Assembly: GCA_963696385.1 (NCBI GenBank)
Contig: CAVOKF010000005.1
Span: forward strand, 1,088,001 to 1,152,000
Reading direction: 5' to 3'
DNA length: 64,000 nt
Source of the DNA: an uncultured delta proteobacterium
GTDB lineage: Bacteria > Myxococcota_A > Polyangia > Polyangiales > Polyangiaceae
A program made the translations under genes and the position numbers. A model generated the notes under the pieces. It was given only the letters and a program-made list of their open reading frames with translations. It was not told the DNA's origin and did no database searches. Within the stretch, counting starts at the first letter, position 1; every line of letters starts with the position of its first letter. Shown one piece after another: positions 1 through 9,202 of the stretch.

Positions 1-75
1 AGTCGGCTGAGCTCCGCAGGCGGCGAGCGCGGTCATGCACAGTGAACCAGCCAAGGATCGTGTCCTCTTGGTCAT
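1..75 (-). CDS. 5' end of a putative lipoprotein (runs off the window edge)
   Basis: Manual translation from ATG at 75: MTKRTRSLAGSLCMTALAACGAQPT; basic N-terminus, hydrophobic stretch and lipobox LAAC; directly downstream of the NtrC-type regulator; not in the ORF track. Confidence 0.6.
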   Translation of the reverse strand, partial: MTKRTRSLAGSLCMTALAACGAQPT

Positions 76-115
76 ACGGCCATCATACCCCTTGATCGTA
101 TGGCCACCATACCCA

Positions 116-1480
116 TCAGCGATCGGTGATCTTGTAATCCTTGATCTTGTAGAGAAGCGCGCGGTGGCTGATCTCGAGCAGCTCCGCGGCGCGGGTGCGG
201 TTTCCCTTGGTTTTCTGCAGCGCGCGGCGGATGAGAATCTGCTCGATCGCCGAAACCGTTTTTTTGACGGACAGCTCGCCGCTGGCCAGGTGCACCTGGA
301 CCGGATCGAGCGCGTCGCGGATGCGTTCCGGAAGATCGCTCGGCTGGAGCACGTCGCTCTCGGCCAGCACCATGGCCCTCTCAATCGTGTTTTCCAGCTC
401 GCGAACGTTACCGGGCCAAGCGTACTCGAGAAGTTGCTTGCGAGCTTCCGTTGACACGCCTCGAATCGAGGTTCCCAAGCGCACGTTGTTTCGCGCGATG
501 AAGTGATCGATCAACAGATTGACGTCCTCGCGGCGGCTCCGGAGCGGCGGGATGTGGATGGGAAGCACGTTGATGCGGTAGAAGAGGTCCTCGCGAAAGC
601 GACCCGCCTTTACCTCCGCGGCAAGATCTCGGTGGGTTGCGGCGATGATGCGCGTGTCGACCTTGACATCCTTGGTATCGCCCAGGCGTCGGATGGTCTC
701 CTCCTGCAATACCCGCAAGAGCTTCACTTGGAGGTTGAGCGGCAACTCGCCGAGCTCGTCGAGCAACAGCGTTCCGCCGCTCGCCTCTTCGAACAGTCCT
801 CGGCGATCCGAAGTTGCATCGGTGAACGCCCCGCGCCTGTGGCCGAAGAGTTCAGACTCGAGCAAATTTTCTGGGATTGCCCCGCAGTTGATCGCCACGA
901 ACGGCGCACCGCGGCGACTGGACCGCGCGTGGATGGCTCTGGCGACGAGCTCCTTGCCCGTTCCACTCTCCCCGGTTACGAGCACCGTCGTCTTGAAGTC
1001 GGCAATTTTCGTTACCGTCCTGAAGATCTCGAGCATCTCCCGGCTCTTGGCGAGGATCGATTCGAACTGGTTGTCCTTCTGGATTTGCTCCTTGAGTGCC
1101 CGGTTCTCCCGGCGGAGCGTTTCCCGCTCCTCGGCTTTGCGAAGCGCGAGCACGATTTCGTCGGGTTTGAAAGGCTTGCCGACGTAGTCGTAGGCGCCCG
1201 CTTTCATGGCGTCGATCGCCAGATCCACGTTGCCGTATGCGCTCATCACGATGACCGTGGCCGGATGCTGCTTCGCTTTGAGGGCAGCAAGGAGGTCGAG
1301 ACCTCCCATCCGCGGCATGCGCACGTCTGTGAGGATCACGTCCGGATCGAACGAGTCGAGCGCGGCAAGCGCCGCCTCTCCCCCTTCAGCGACCTCGACC
1401 TCGTACCCATGCTTCTTCAGTAGGGTGCGAAGGACGAGGCGAATGTTCTCCTCGTCGTCGACCACCAGGATACGGCGCAT
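116..1480 (-). CDS. Sigma-54-dependent response regulator (NtrC family: REC, AAA+, Fis-type HTH)
   Basis: REC start MRRILVVDDEE; Walker A GESGTGKE; GAFTDA loop; WPGNVRELEN; C-terminal GNRTRAAELLEISHRALLYK; start trimmed to ATG at 1480. Confidence 0.95.
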   Translation of the reverse strand: MRRILVVDDEENIRLVLRTLLKKHGYEVEVAEGGEAALAALDSFDPDVILTDVRMPRMGGLDLLAALKAKQHPATVIVMSAYGNVDLAIDAMKAGAYDYVGKPFKPDEIVLALRKAEERETLRRENRALKEQIQKDNQFESILAKSREMLEIFRTVTKIADFKTTVLVTGESGTGKELVARAIHARSSRRGAPFVAINCGAIPENLLESELFGHRRGAFTDATSDRRGLFEEASGGTLLLDELGELPLNLQVKLLRVLQEETIRRLGDTKDVKVDTRIIAATHRDLAAEVKAGRFREDLFYRINVLPIHIPPLRSRREDVNLLIDHFIARNNVRLGTSIRGVSTEARKQLLEYAWPGNVRELENTIERAMVLAESDVLQPSDLPERIRDALDPVQVHLASGELSVKKTVSAIEQILIRRALQKTKGNRTRAAELLEISHRALLYKIKDYKITDR

Positions 1481-1489
1481 TGTACGAAA

Positions 1490-1507
1490 ACTCTTGCGAG
1501 CAAGAGT
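1490..1507. promoter_or_regulatory. Perfect inverted repeat ACTCTTGC-GA-GCAAGAGT in a divergent promoter region; candidate transcription factor site
   Basis: 8-bp arms with 2-nt spacer, 10 nt upstream of the regulator start codon. Confidence 0.4.
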
Positions 1508-1640
1508 ACTTGTAAAGGGCTGCCTTCGCGAGACCGATCTCCGAAGCCCGCAACGTTTGCAACGGCCGCGAGGCGGTTTCAGTCGCGTCGGGGTCGCTCG
1601 CGGTCGCCATGGCCATCGAGGTCGGTTTAGGTTGCGCGTC

Positions 1641-2837
1641 ATGGACACCGGCCTCGACAGGTTCGCCGCGCATCGTGAGTTGCGCGCGTCGCTTCGTGCG
1701 ATGCGCGTCGGGTTGCTTGCGCATCCCGCATCGGTCGATCGACGGTTGGTCCATGCGAGGCGCATCCTCGAGGACGTCGGCGTTCGGGTGACCCTCGTGC
1801 TCGGTCCGGAGCACGGCTACGGAGGCGAGGCGCAGGACATGGTGGGTGTTCGGGACGCGCAGGATGCCTTCGGCACGCCGGTGCGAAGCCTCTACGGGAG
1901 CCGATTCGACCAGCTATCCCCCAGGCCCGAGGACCTGGCCCGAATCGACGTCCTCGTCATCGATCTGCAAGACGTCGGTGCACGGTACTACACGTTCGTC
2001 TGGACGGCGGTGCTGGCGATGCGCGCGTGCGCGAAAGCGGGCGTGCGGGTTCTCGTGCTCGACAGGCCCAATCCGATTGGCGGCGACATTTCACGCATCG
2101 AGGGCCGACGGCAGAAGCCCGCGTACTGTTCATTCGTCGGTCTGATCCCGATTCCCGTGCGTCACGGGCTAACGCTCGGCGAAATGGTCGCCTGGCGCGC
2201 AGAGGCCGAGGGCCTCTCTCGGGACCTCGTCCAGGTACTGGGCGTTCGGGGGCTCGACCGCGAGGCCGACGCGAGGAAGTGGGATCGGCCGTTTGTGATG
2301 CCATCGCCGAATATGCCGAGTTACGAGACGGCGCTGGTTTACCCCGGCGCGTGTCTCGTGGAGGGGACCAACCTGTCGGAGGGGCGCGGGACGACTCGCC
2401 CGTTCGAGCTGGTGGGGGCGCCGTGGATTGATGGGGTGCGCCTGGCGGATGCGCTTCATGAGCTGCAGATGCCCGGCTTTCGCGCTCGTCCGGTCACCTT
2501 TTGCCCCACGTTTCAAAAGCACGCTGGACGTGCATGTGGGGGCGTGCAGGTTCATGTGACGGACCCAAGGTCATTCCGACCGTTTGAGACCTACCTGTGC
2601 CTTGTGGCTCTCGCTCACGCCCAGGCCCCCGGCCAATTTGCATTTCGTACGGACCCCTACGAATTTCGGGACGATGTGCCGGCCTTCGACCTCATCTGCG
2701 GGGACTCGGACGCTCGCACAAGGATTCTCCGCGGGGACGATCCGCGTGGTCTCGCGGGCGCGGTCGCCGCCGTGGACGACGGGGACCGTGCGATTGTGGA
2801 TGAGGCTTTGCGAGCGGCCCATGCGCGCAGCGTGTGA
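1641..2837 (+). CDS. DUF1343 / NamZ-like exo-beta-N-acetylmuramidase
   Basis: Motifs TGLD, GPEHG, SLYG, DLQDVGARYYTF, LDRPNPIGG, PSPNMP, EGTNLSEGRGTTRPFE; alternative TTG start at 1632. Confidence 0.9.
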   Translation: MDTGLDRFAAHRELRASLRAMRVGLLAHPASVDRRLVHARRILEDVGVRVTLVLGPEHGYGGEAQDMVGVRDAQDAFGTPVRSLYGSRFDQLSPRPEDLARIDVLVIDLQDVGARYYTFVWTAVLAMRACAKAGVRVLVLDRPNPIGGDISRIEGRRQKPAYCSFVGLIPIPVRHGLTLGEMVAWRAEAEGLSRDLVQVLGVRGLDREADARKWDRPFVMPSPNMPSYETALVYPGACLVEGTNLSEGRGTTRPFELVGAPWIDGVRLADALHELQMPGFRARPVTFCPTFQKHAGRACGGVQVHVTDPRSFRPFETYLCLVALAHAQAPGQFAFRTDPYEFRDDVPAFDLICGDSDARTRILRGDDPRGLAGAVAAVDDGDRAIVDEALRAAHARSV

Positions 2838-3019
2838 TCCGCAGTCGGGTGGGAACGAGCTCGCCGCCCGATCGACCGCCGCCGTCCATCGGAATAAACA
2901 AGGCCGCTCGGGCGTCGTGATTTTGAGCGCGCGGCCGATCGTCGATGCTCGGCCCGTGGCTGGCTGACCATGCCCGTTTTCCAAGAAATGAGCGAAACCC
3001 GCTTGCTCGCCCCCCGTAA

Positions 3020-3173
3020 CGTGTTGAGGTAAGAAGTGCTGTGGCTTCTGGCCGTCGCGGCTGTTTTCGCGAGGGCTTGAACCGTGAACCTTGAGGGCTT
3101 GCGCGTGCCCCCTCCCCCACCGCGCAAGTCCGCGCGTCCGGGCGGCCTCACGGTCGTCCGGACGCGTTTTTTT
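3020..3173 (+). ncRNA. Candidate small regulatory RNA (C-rich-loop hairpin followed by an intrinsic terminator); 5' end uncertain
   Basis: Hairpin 3097-3129 with loop CCCCCTCCCC, then a 16-bp hairpin and T7, inside a 350-bp gap between convergent genes. Confidence 0.45.
3132..3173 (+). terminator. Rho-independent terminator
   Basis: GCGCGTCCGGGCGGCC-TCAC-GGTCGTCCGGACGCGT stem (16 bp including G-U pairs); T run 3167-3173. Confidence 0.85.
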
Positions 3174-3187
3174 GTCTTGCCGACCGG

Positions 3188-5581
3188 TTAGGCGACCGAC
3201 TCGGCGAGCGGCCCGACGATGGGCGATAGGCAAGCATCACGCGCACGGCGGATGTCCTGCAATTCGAGCGAGAGCACGCCCAAGGGCTGGACTTCGATGA
3301 CCAGTGCCGTCCCGTAGGTGTCTCCGATGCGAGCCGTCGGCACGCCCGCGGCATGGGCCATCGCCGTCACCGGGTCGACCTCCGTGGGGGCGAGGCTCAC
3401 GACGACGCCTGACGCAGTTTCGCCGAACAACATCGCCAAAGCGTCGATGGGTGATGGGGCCGGAGCGAGCTTGATGCGCGCGCCGATCGATTCGGCCCCG
3501 GTGACGCAGCACTCGGCCAGTGCGACAGCAAGACCGCCGTCGCTCACGTCGTGGGCGCTGTCGAGCCGGTGAGATCGAGCCAGTTCGAGAAGAAGTCTCT
3601 GCAGCCGCACCTCCGCCTCGAGGTCAATGAGCGGACCGTCACCCTCCAGCCGGCCCATTCTGCGGACCAGCCACTCGCTTCCGGACAGGGCTCGCGCCCC
3701 GGTGGCCGCTGGGATGCCCAGGAGCAAAACGGCTCTTCCGGTGCCTTTGAAGCCCGCCGTGACGATGTCGGCTGAATGCTCGATGAGACCGACGGCGGCG
3801 ACGGTGGGCGTCGGCAGTATGGATCGCGAGGTCACACCGCGCTCGCCGGGCACGCGCAGAGCGGTCTCGTTGTACAGGCTGACGTTGCCGCTGACGATAG
3901 GCACGTCGAGCGCCCGACACGCAGCCGCGATGCCGTCTATGCTGCGCGCGAACGAGTCCATGACTTCGGGCCGCTCGGGGTTGCCGAAGTTGAGGCAGTC
4001 CGTGATGCCGATGGGTTGCGCACCGCTGCACACGAGATTTCTGCACACCTCGGCAACGGCCATGGCCGCCCCGACGAACGGATCGAGTTCGCACATGCGG
4101 CCGTTGCAGTCGACCGCGAAGGCGAGATTTTTTTCGACCGTTCGTCGATCTGGAGTCTCACATCTCACTCGCACGACAGCGGCGTCCGAGCCGCAGCGGA
4201 CCCGCGTGCCGCCGCGCACGATTTGATCGTACTGGCGCCAAACCCAAGCTCGCGATCCGATGTTTGGCGACGACAGCAGGTCAAAGAGCTCCCCCGAAAG
4301 ATCGGACGGGATCGGGATCGTCGCGGGACCGACGCCGGTCGGCTGCCGCCCTGGTGTCGAGCGCGTCCGGTCGTAGCAGGGTGCGTCGTCCGTGAGCACG
4401 CCGATCGGAATGTCGCAGACGATTGCGGGATGCCCGTGGGGGGCCGCGTGCGACGCCAGCGGGTCGTACCCCGGAGTGGCTCGTACCACCCAACGCTTCG
4501 TATCGGTCACGCGACCGATGATCGCCGCGTCGAGTTCCCAGCGAGCGCACACATCGAGGACGCGCGACTCTTGGCCGGGCTTTGCGACGAGAAGCATGCG
4601 TTCCTGCGACTCGCTGAGCAGAATCTCGTACGGCGTCATCGCCTTGGCCCGCCGCGGGACGCGATCGAGATCGAGCTCCACGCCGTTGCCCGCCCGGCCC
4701 GCCATCTCGACGCTGGACGACGTCAGCCCCGCGGCCCCCATGTCTTGAATCCCCTCGAGGACGTCCTGCGAGAAGAGCTCGAGGCACGCTTCCAGCAGGA
4801 GTTTTCCCATGAACGGATCGCCGACCTGCATGGTCGATCGCATCGCAGGCCGTTTGCCGTCTTGACCGGATGAGGCGGTCGCCGCGAACTCGTCGCTCGC
4901 CATCGTGGCGCCATGAATGCCGTCGCGGCCTGTTTTCGCGCCGATGTAAAGGATGCTGTTTCCGATGCCGGTTGCCCGCCCGTAGAACAATCGATCCGCC
5001 GGGGCGATCCCGCAGGTGAAGGCGTTGACGAGAATATTGCCGTCGTAGCGTTCGTCGAACTGAAGCTCGCCCCCGACGGTCGGTACTCCAATGCAGTTTC
5101 CATAGCCGCCGATTCCCGCGACCACCCCCCGCAGCAACTCGGGCGTTCTGGGGTGCTCGGCTCGGCCGAAGCGAAGGGAATTGAGACTCGCGATGGGGCG
5201 TGCACCCATGGTGAAGACATCCCGCAAGATGCCTCCGACGCCCGTCGCGGCCCCTTGATGGGGCTCGATGAAGCTCGGGTGATTGTGCGACTCCATCTTG
5301 AAGACGGCGGCAACGCCGTCTCCGATATCGACGACCCCGGCATTCTCGCCGGGCCCCTGAATGACGCGCGGTCCACTCGTCGGAAGCCGTCGCAGGTGCA
5401 GGCGGCTCGACTTGTACGAACAGTGTTCGCTCCACATAACGCTGAAAACGCCGAGCTCCGCGTACGTCGGCGTTCGGCCGAGCGCGGCGAGCACTCGGCG
5501 GTATTCCTCGTCACTCAGCTTGTGACGCTCGACGATTTCCGGGCTGATCGGAGGGTCGTTCGGAAAGCTCGCGACGGACAT
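3188..5581 (-). CDS. purL: Phosphoribosylformylglycinamidine synthase subunit PurL (small form)
   Basis: [52 protein letters not shown]. Confidence 0.97.
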   Translation of the reverse strand: MSVASFPNDPPISPEIVERHKLSDEEYRRVLAALGRTPTYAELGVFSVMWSEHCSYKSSRLHLRRLPTSGPRVIQGPGENAGVVDIGDGVAAVFKMESHNHPSFIEPHQGAATGVGGILRDVFTMGARPIASLNSLRFGRAEHPRTPELLRGVVAGIGGYGNCIGVPTVGGELQFDERYDGNILVNAFTCGIAPADRLFYGRATGIGNSILYIGAKTGRDGIHGATMASDEFAATASSGQDGKRPAMRSTMQVGDPFMGKLLLEACLELFSQDVLEGIQDMGAAGLTSSSVEMAGRAGNGVELDLDRVPRRAKAMTPYEILLSESQERMLLVAKPGQESRVLDVCARWELDAAIIGRVTDTKRWVVRATPGYDPLASHAAPHGHPAIVCDIPIGVLTDDAPCYDRTRSTPGRQPTGVGPATIPIPSDLSGELFDLLSSPNIGSRAWVWRQYDQIVRGGTRVRCGSDAAVVRVRCETPDRRTVEKNLAFAVDCNGRMCELDPFVGAAMAVAEVCRNLVCSGAQPIGITDCLNFGNPERPEVMDSFARSIDGIAAACRALDVPIVSGNVSLYNETALRVPGERGVTSRSILPTPTVAAVGLIEHSADIVTAGFKGTGRAVLLLGIPAATGARALSGSEWLVRRMGRLEGDGPLIDLEAEVRLQRLLLELARSHRLDSAHDVSDGGLAVALAECCVTGAESIGARIKLAPAPSPIDALAMLFGETASGVVVSLAPTEVDPVTAMAHAAGVPTARIGDTYGTALVIEVQPLGVLSLELQDIRRARDACLSPIVGPLAESVA

Positions 5582-5690
5582 CGATTGCGCGATCTGAAAC
5601 GAGAGGGGCGAGATGGAGCAAGCCTAGCGCCAACGGGCAGTCGCGCGAAGGCGGATCGCCGCGATTTCGAACGCGTGCTACCGATGCCGC

Positions 5691-6371
5691 ATGCGGGCGT
5701 GTGTCGTCGTGTTCCCGGGTTCCAATGCCGACGCAGAGATGATCCACACGCTGCGCGAGGTATGTGGGGCGCCGACCGCCGTCGCGTGGCACACCGATTC
5801 GGCGCTGCCAGACGCGGTCGACCTGGTTGCGATTCCCGGTGGGTTCAGCTACGGCGACTATCTGCGCACCGGGGCGATTGCCAAGGTGAGCCCGATTGTG
5901 CGCGCTGTGCGCGCGCACGCCCTTCGCGGCGGCTTCGTGCTGGGCGTGTGCAACGGCTTTCAGATTCTCACGGAGGCGGGAATGTTGGCCGGCGCGCTTA
6001 CGCGGAACGCGCATCAGCGGTTCGAATGCGGGGATTGGTTCGTCAAAGTGACGGCCGAAGGGCCGTTCACCCCGCGTGTCGGTGAGGTCTGGCGGCTACC
6101 GATCGCCCACGGGGAAGGCCGGTTCCAAGCCGACGCCGAGACGCTTCGCCGCTTGGAGGGCGAGGGGCTCATTGGGCTCCGCTATTGCGGTCGGGGCGGC
6201 GAGATCGAAAGTCGCGCGAACCCGAACGGCAGTCTGCACGCGATCGCAGGGATCTACGGGGGCCCCCGCAAGAACGTGTTCGGGCTGATGCCCCATCCCG
6301 AGCGGATGAGCGAGTCCTGTCAGGGCGGCGTCGACGGACGAAAGCTGTTCGAGAGCGTGCTGGCCGCCTGA
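5691..6371 (+). CDS. purQ: Phosphoribosylformylglycinamidine synthase glutaminase subunit PurQ
   Basis: FPGSN, PGGFSYGDYLRTG, GVCNGFQIL, PIAHGEG, NPNGS, GLMPHPER. Confidence 0.97.
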   Translation: MRACVVVFPGSNADAEMIHTLREVCGAPTAVAWHTDSALPDAVDLVAIPGGFSYGDYLRTGAIAKVSPIVRAVRAHALRGGFVLGVCNGFQILTEAGMLAGALTRNAHQRFECGDWFVKVTAEGPFTPRVGEVWRLPIAHGEGRFQADAETLRRLEGEGLIGLRYCGRGGEIESRANPNGSLHAIAGIYGGPRKNVFGLMPHPERMSESCQGGVDGRKLFESVLAA

Positions 6372-6417
6372 TCGCAATTCGGACGGGGGTCGCGTGGGGG
6401 CCATCCCGTCAACGCCG

Positions 6418-7830
6418 TCACACCTCGAATTCGGCTTTCTCGAGGATCTCCGTAACGCGCCACAAGAACGAGTTGGCGGCGACGCCGTCGACGACGCGAT
6501 GATCGTACGAAAGAGCCATGTACATGAGCGGGTGGATCGCGATCTGGTCTTCGCCTTCCGCTTCGACCACGACCACGCGCTTCTGAATTTCGCCCATTCG
6601 CAGGATTCCGACGTTCGGCTGATTGATGATTGCGCCGCCGAAGAGGTTGCCCTTGAGTCCGGGATTGGACACGCTGAACGTCGCCCCGCTCAGATCGTCG
6701 ATCGTGATCTTGCCGGCCTTGGCGCGCTTCGCAAGATCGTCGATGGCGCGCACGACGCCGCGCACCCCGAGCTCGTCGGCCCGCCGGACCACGGGAACGA
6801 CCAGGCCGTCTGGCGAATCGACGGCCACGCCCAAGTTGATGTCGTGAAGGATCACGTAGGCGTCGTCGATGACCCGAGCGTTCACCTGCGAATTCTCGCG
6901 CACCGCGCGCGCCGTCGCCACGACGACGAAGGCGAGCATGGTCAAGCTCATTCCCTCGGCCTTGTATCTCTCTTTGTTCGCGTCGCGCAGCTTGCTCGCT
7001 CGGTGCAGATCCACTTCTGCGACCGTCACGACGTGGGGCGAAGCGAACTTCGAGTACGTCATGTGATCGGCGGTGATCCGTCGCCGCCGCGTGAACGGAA
7101 CGACTTTGTCGCCGTCGCTTGGCTTGTACGCGGGCACCTTGAATGCGCCGAACCCGACACCCGGTATCGGCGGAACGAAACCACCGCCGAGGTTGATGAC
7201 CTGCGCCAGCTGTGTCGTCTTTGCCGCCGCTCGGGGTGGCGGGGGCGGCTCGATGGCCGGCGGCGGCAGCGCGGAGGAACGGGCCGATCCAAGCGGGTTC
7301 GGCCCCGCAGGGGCAGACGCGCCCGCGGCGCGCATCACGTCGTCCTTCGTCACGCGGCCGCGTTCGCCCGTTCCAAGAACGTGTTCCAGATCGACGTCGT
7401 TCTCGAGAGCCGTCTTGCGCGCGACCGGCGTCGCCAGTGGACCGCCCATGACGCTCCGACCCGGCGCGATCGCGCCGTCTGGCGCCGGCGCGTTCGCCGC
7501 CGCCGGCATCGACACCGGTGCCGGCGCGTTCGCGGCCGCCGGTATAGAGGCCGGAGCACCCGGGGCCTCCGACAGGCTCGCGTTGCTTCTCGCGCGGTCG
7601 TCGATCTGCGCGATGAGGGTCTTGACCGGCACGACCTGCCCCTCGGCCACCAGCAACCTGGCGATTCGCCCCGCCGCCGTCGCGGTCAATTCGGTGTCGG
7701 CCTTGTCGGTCGCGATGGATACGATCGGCTGATCTTTGGCGACGACGTCTCCTTCGCGCACGAGCCACTTGGCAATGGTCCCCTCACTGACGCTCTCGCC
7801 GAGCTGGGGAAGGGTCACGTCGATGAGCAT
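6418..7830 (-). CDS. 2-oxoacid dehydrogenase E2, dihydrolipoamide acyltransferase
   Basis: Lipoyl domain LPQLGESVSEG...TDKAD; E3-binding domain ATPVARK...GTGERGRVTKDD; catalytic SYDHRVVDG. Confidence 0.93.
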   Translation of the reverse strand: MLIDVTLPQLGESVSEGTIAKWLVREGDVVAKDQPIVSIATDKADTELTATAAGRIARLLVAEGQVVPVKTLIAQIDDRARSNASLSEAPGAPASIPAAANAPAPVSMPAAANAPAPDGAIAPGRSVMGGPLATPVARKTALENDVDLEHVLGTGERGRVTKDDVMRAAGASAPAGPNPLGSARSSALPPPAIEPPPPPRAAAKTTQLAQVINLGGGFVPPIPGVGFGAFKVPAYKPSDGDKVVPFTRRRRITADHMTYSKFASPHVVTVAEVDLHRASKLRDANKERYKAEGMSLTMLAFVVVATARAVRENSQVNARVIDDAYVILHDINLGVAVDSPDGLVVPVVRRADELGVRGVVRAIDDLAKRAKAGKITIDDLSGATFSVSNPGLKGNLFGGAIINQPNVGILRMGEIQKRVVVVEAEGEDQIAIHPLMYMALSYDHRVVDGVAANSFLWRVTEILEKAEFEV

Positions 7831-7867
7831 GGGCCGATCGCTCTCCAACCGCGAATGGGACGCTAGC

Positions 7868-9202
7868 CTATAGCGTCGCTGCTTGGGACCGCAATTGCGC
7901 GACGAAGTATCCGTCTGTCCCGTGCACGTACGGCAAGAGGCGGAAGCAAAACCGGTCGCGCCCTGCGGCCGCTACGGCCACGGGCGCTTCGAACGGAGAC
8001 GGAGAAAGCTCGGGTCGCGCACGCAGCAGGGCCTCGATGACGTCTTCGCTCTCCTCACGCAAGACGCTGCAGACGACGTACACGAGGGTGCCTCCGGGAC
8101 GCACGTGCCCGGCCGCGCGTGTGACCAGAGCAATTTGCGTGCTCGCCATGGACCCCAGGTCGGTCGGGTCGCGCCGGAGGGCGATCTCGGGGCGTCTTCG
8201 CAAGGTTCCCACACCCGAGCACGGCGCGTCGACGAGCACTCGATCGTAAAGGCCATTAACCTCGCCCGAGCCCGCACGCCAATCGACAGCGAGGGTGCGC
8301 CGGGCGCTCAGTCCGACTCGAGCGAGCTCTTCGCGCAGACGGGTCAGCTTGGCTGGGATCGCGTCGCAGGCGTCGACCGCGCCGCATTGTCCCACGGCGC
8401 GCGCCAGCAGCGCCGTCTTGTTGCCACGGCCCGCGCATGCGTCGAGGACGACTTCGCCGGCCCGCGCCCCGACGGCGAGCGCGGCAACCTGGGAACCTTC
8501 CTCCTGAACCGACCAGGCGCCATCCTGCCACCCCGGTAGTTGCTGAGGTTTGCCGGCCCCACGTGCCACGATGGCCATGGGCGAGATGCGCCCCTTCTCG
8601 AACCTCCCATGCGGCGCGGCGGTACCGAGCCGGTCAATCCACGCGTCGCGTTCGGAAGCACGCTCGACGCGGAGGCCGACCGCGGGCGGCTCGAGGCCGT
8701 AGCGGAGAAACGCGAGCGCCCCCTCCGTCGATAGCGTCCGCTCGAGCGCTTCCCGAAGCCAGATCGGGGTCGAGCCGATCAGCGCCTGCTCGCGGGCGTC
8801 GTCGCCAAGTGCCGGCACGCGCGCCGACAGTCTCCTCAGAACGGCATTCGTGAACGATGCGACGCGTTCTCCGCGCGCTGCGCGAGCAGCGGCAACGGCT
8901 TCGCTCACCGCAGCGAACGGCGGGATGCGCGTGAAGACCAACTGGTACGCCGCGACGAGGATGACCGCGCGGATACGCGCGTCGAGCTTGTGAAGGCCAC
9001 GGGGTGCGAAGGTCGCGATCTGCTCAAGGAGCCACGGCGCGACCCGCAGCGTCCCATAGACGAGTTCGGTAGCCAATGCGCGGTCGCGGGTCGCGAGCTG
9101 CACGTTGCGGGTGAGCTCGGATTCCAGCACGGCCGACGCGAACGCGGCTTCCCTTTCGACGCGCTCAATCACCCGCGTCGCGACGTCCCGGGCATCGCTC
9201 AC
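7868..9202 (-). CDS. rsmB: 16S rRNA m5C967 methyltransferase RsmB/Sun (NusB-like domain plus methyltransferase)
   Basis: DRALATELVYGTLR, VQEEGSQ, LDACAGRGNKT, LVDAPCSGVG, YVVCS, TDGYF; GTG start overlaps the rseP stop (GTGA). Confidence 0.88.
   Translation of the reverse strand: MSDARDVATRVIERVEREAAFASAVLESELTRNVQLATRDRALATELVYGTLRVAPWLLEQIATFAPRGLHKLDARIRAVILVAAYQLVFTRIPPFAAVSEAVAAARAARGERVASFTNAVLRRLSARVPALGDDAREQALIGSTPIWLREALERTLSTEGALAFLRYGLEPPAVGLRVERASERDAWIDRLGTAAPHGRFEKGRISPMAIVARGAGKPQQLPGWQDGAWSVQEEGSQVAALAVGARAGEVVLDACAGRGNKTALLARAVGQCGAVDACDAIPAKLTRLREELARVGLSARRTLAVDWRAGSGEVNGLYDRVLVDAPCSGVGTLRRRPEIALRRDPTDLGSMASTQIALVTRAAGHVRPGGTLVYVVCSVLREESEDVIEALLRARPELSPSPFEAPVAVAAAGRDRFCFRLLPYVHGTDGYFVAQLRSQAATL

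Noticed and set aside
2988..3035. Short ORF MSETRLLAPRNVLR as a leader peptide with attenuator
   Set aside because: No RBS, no regulatory codon run, and no same-strand gene downstream of the terminator to attenuate
5613..5628. GG-N10-GC spacing upstream of purQ as a sigma-54 promoter
   Set aside because: Poor match to TGGCAC-N5-TTGC; the bare spacing arises often by chance at this GC content
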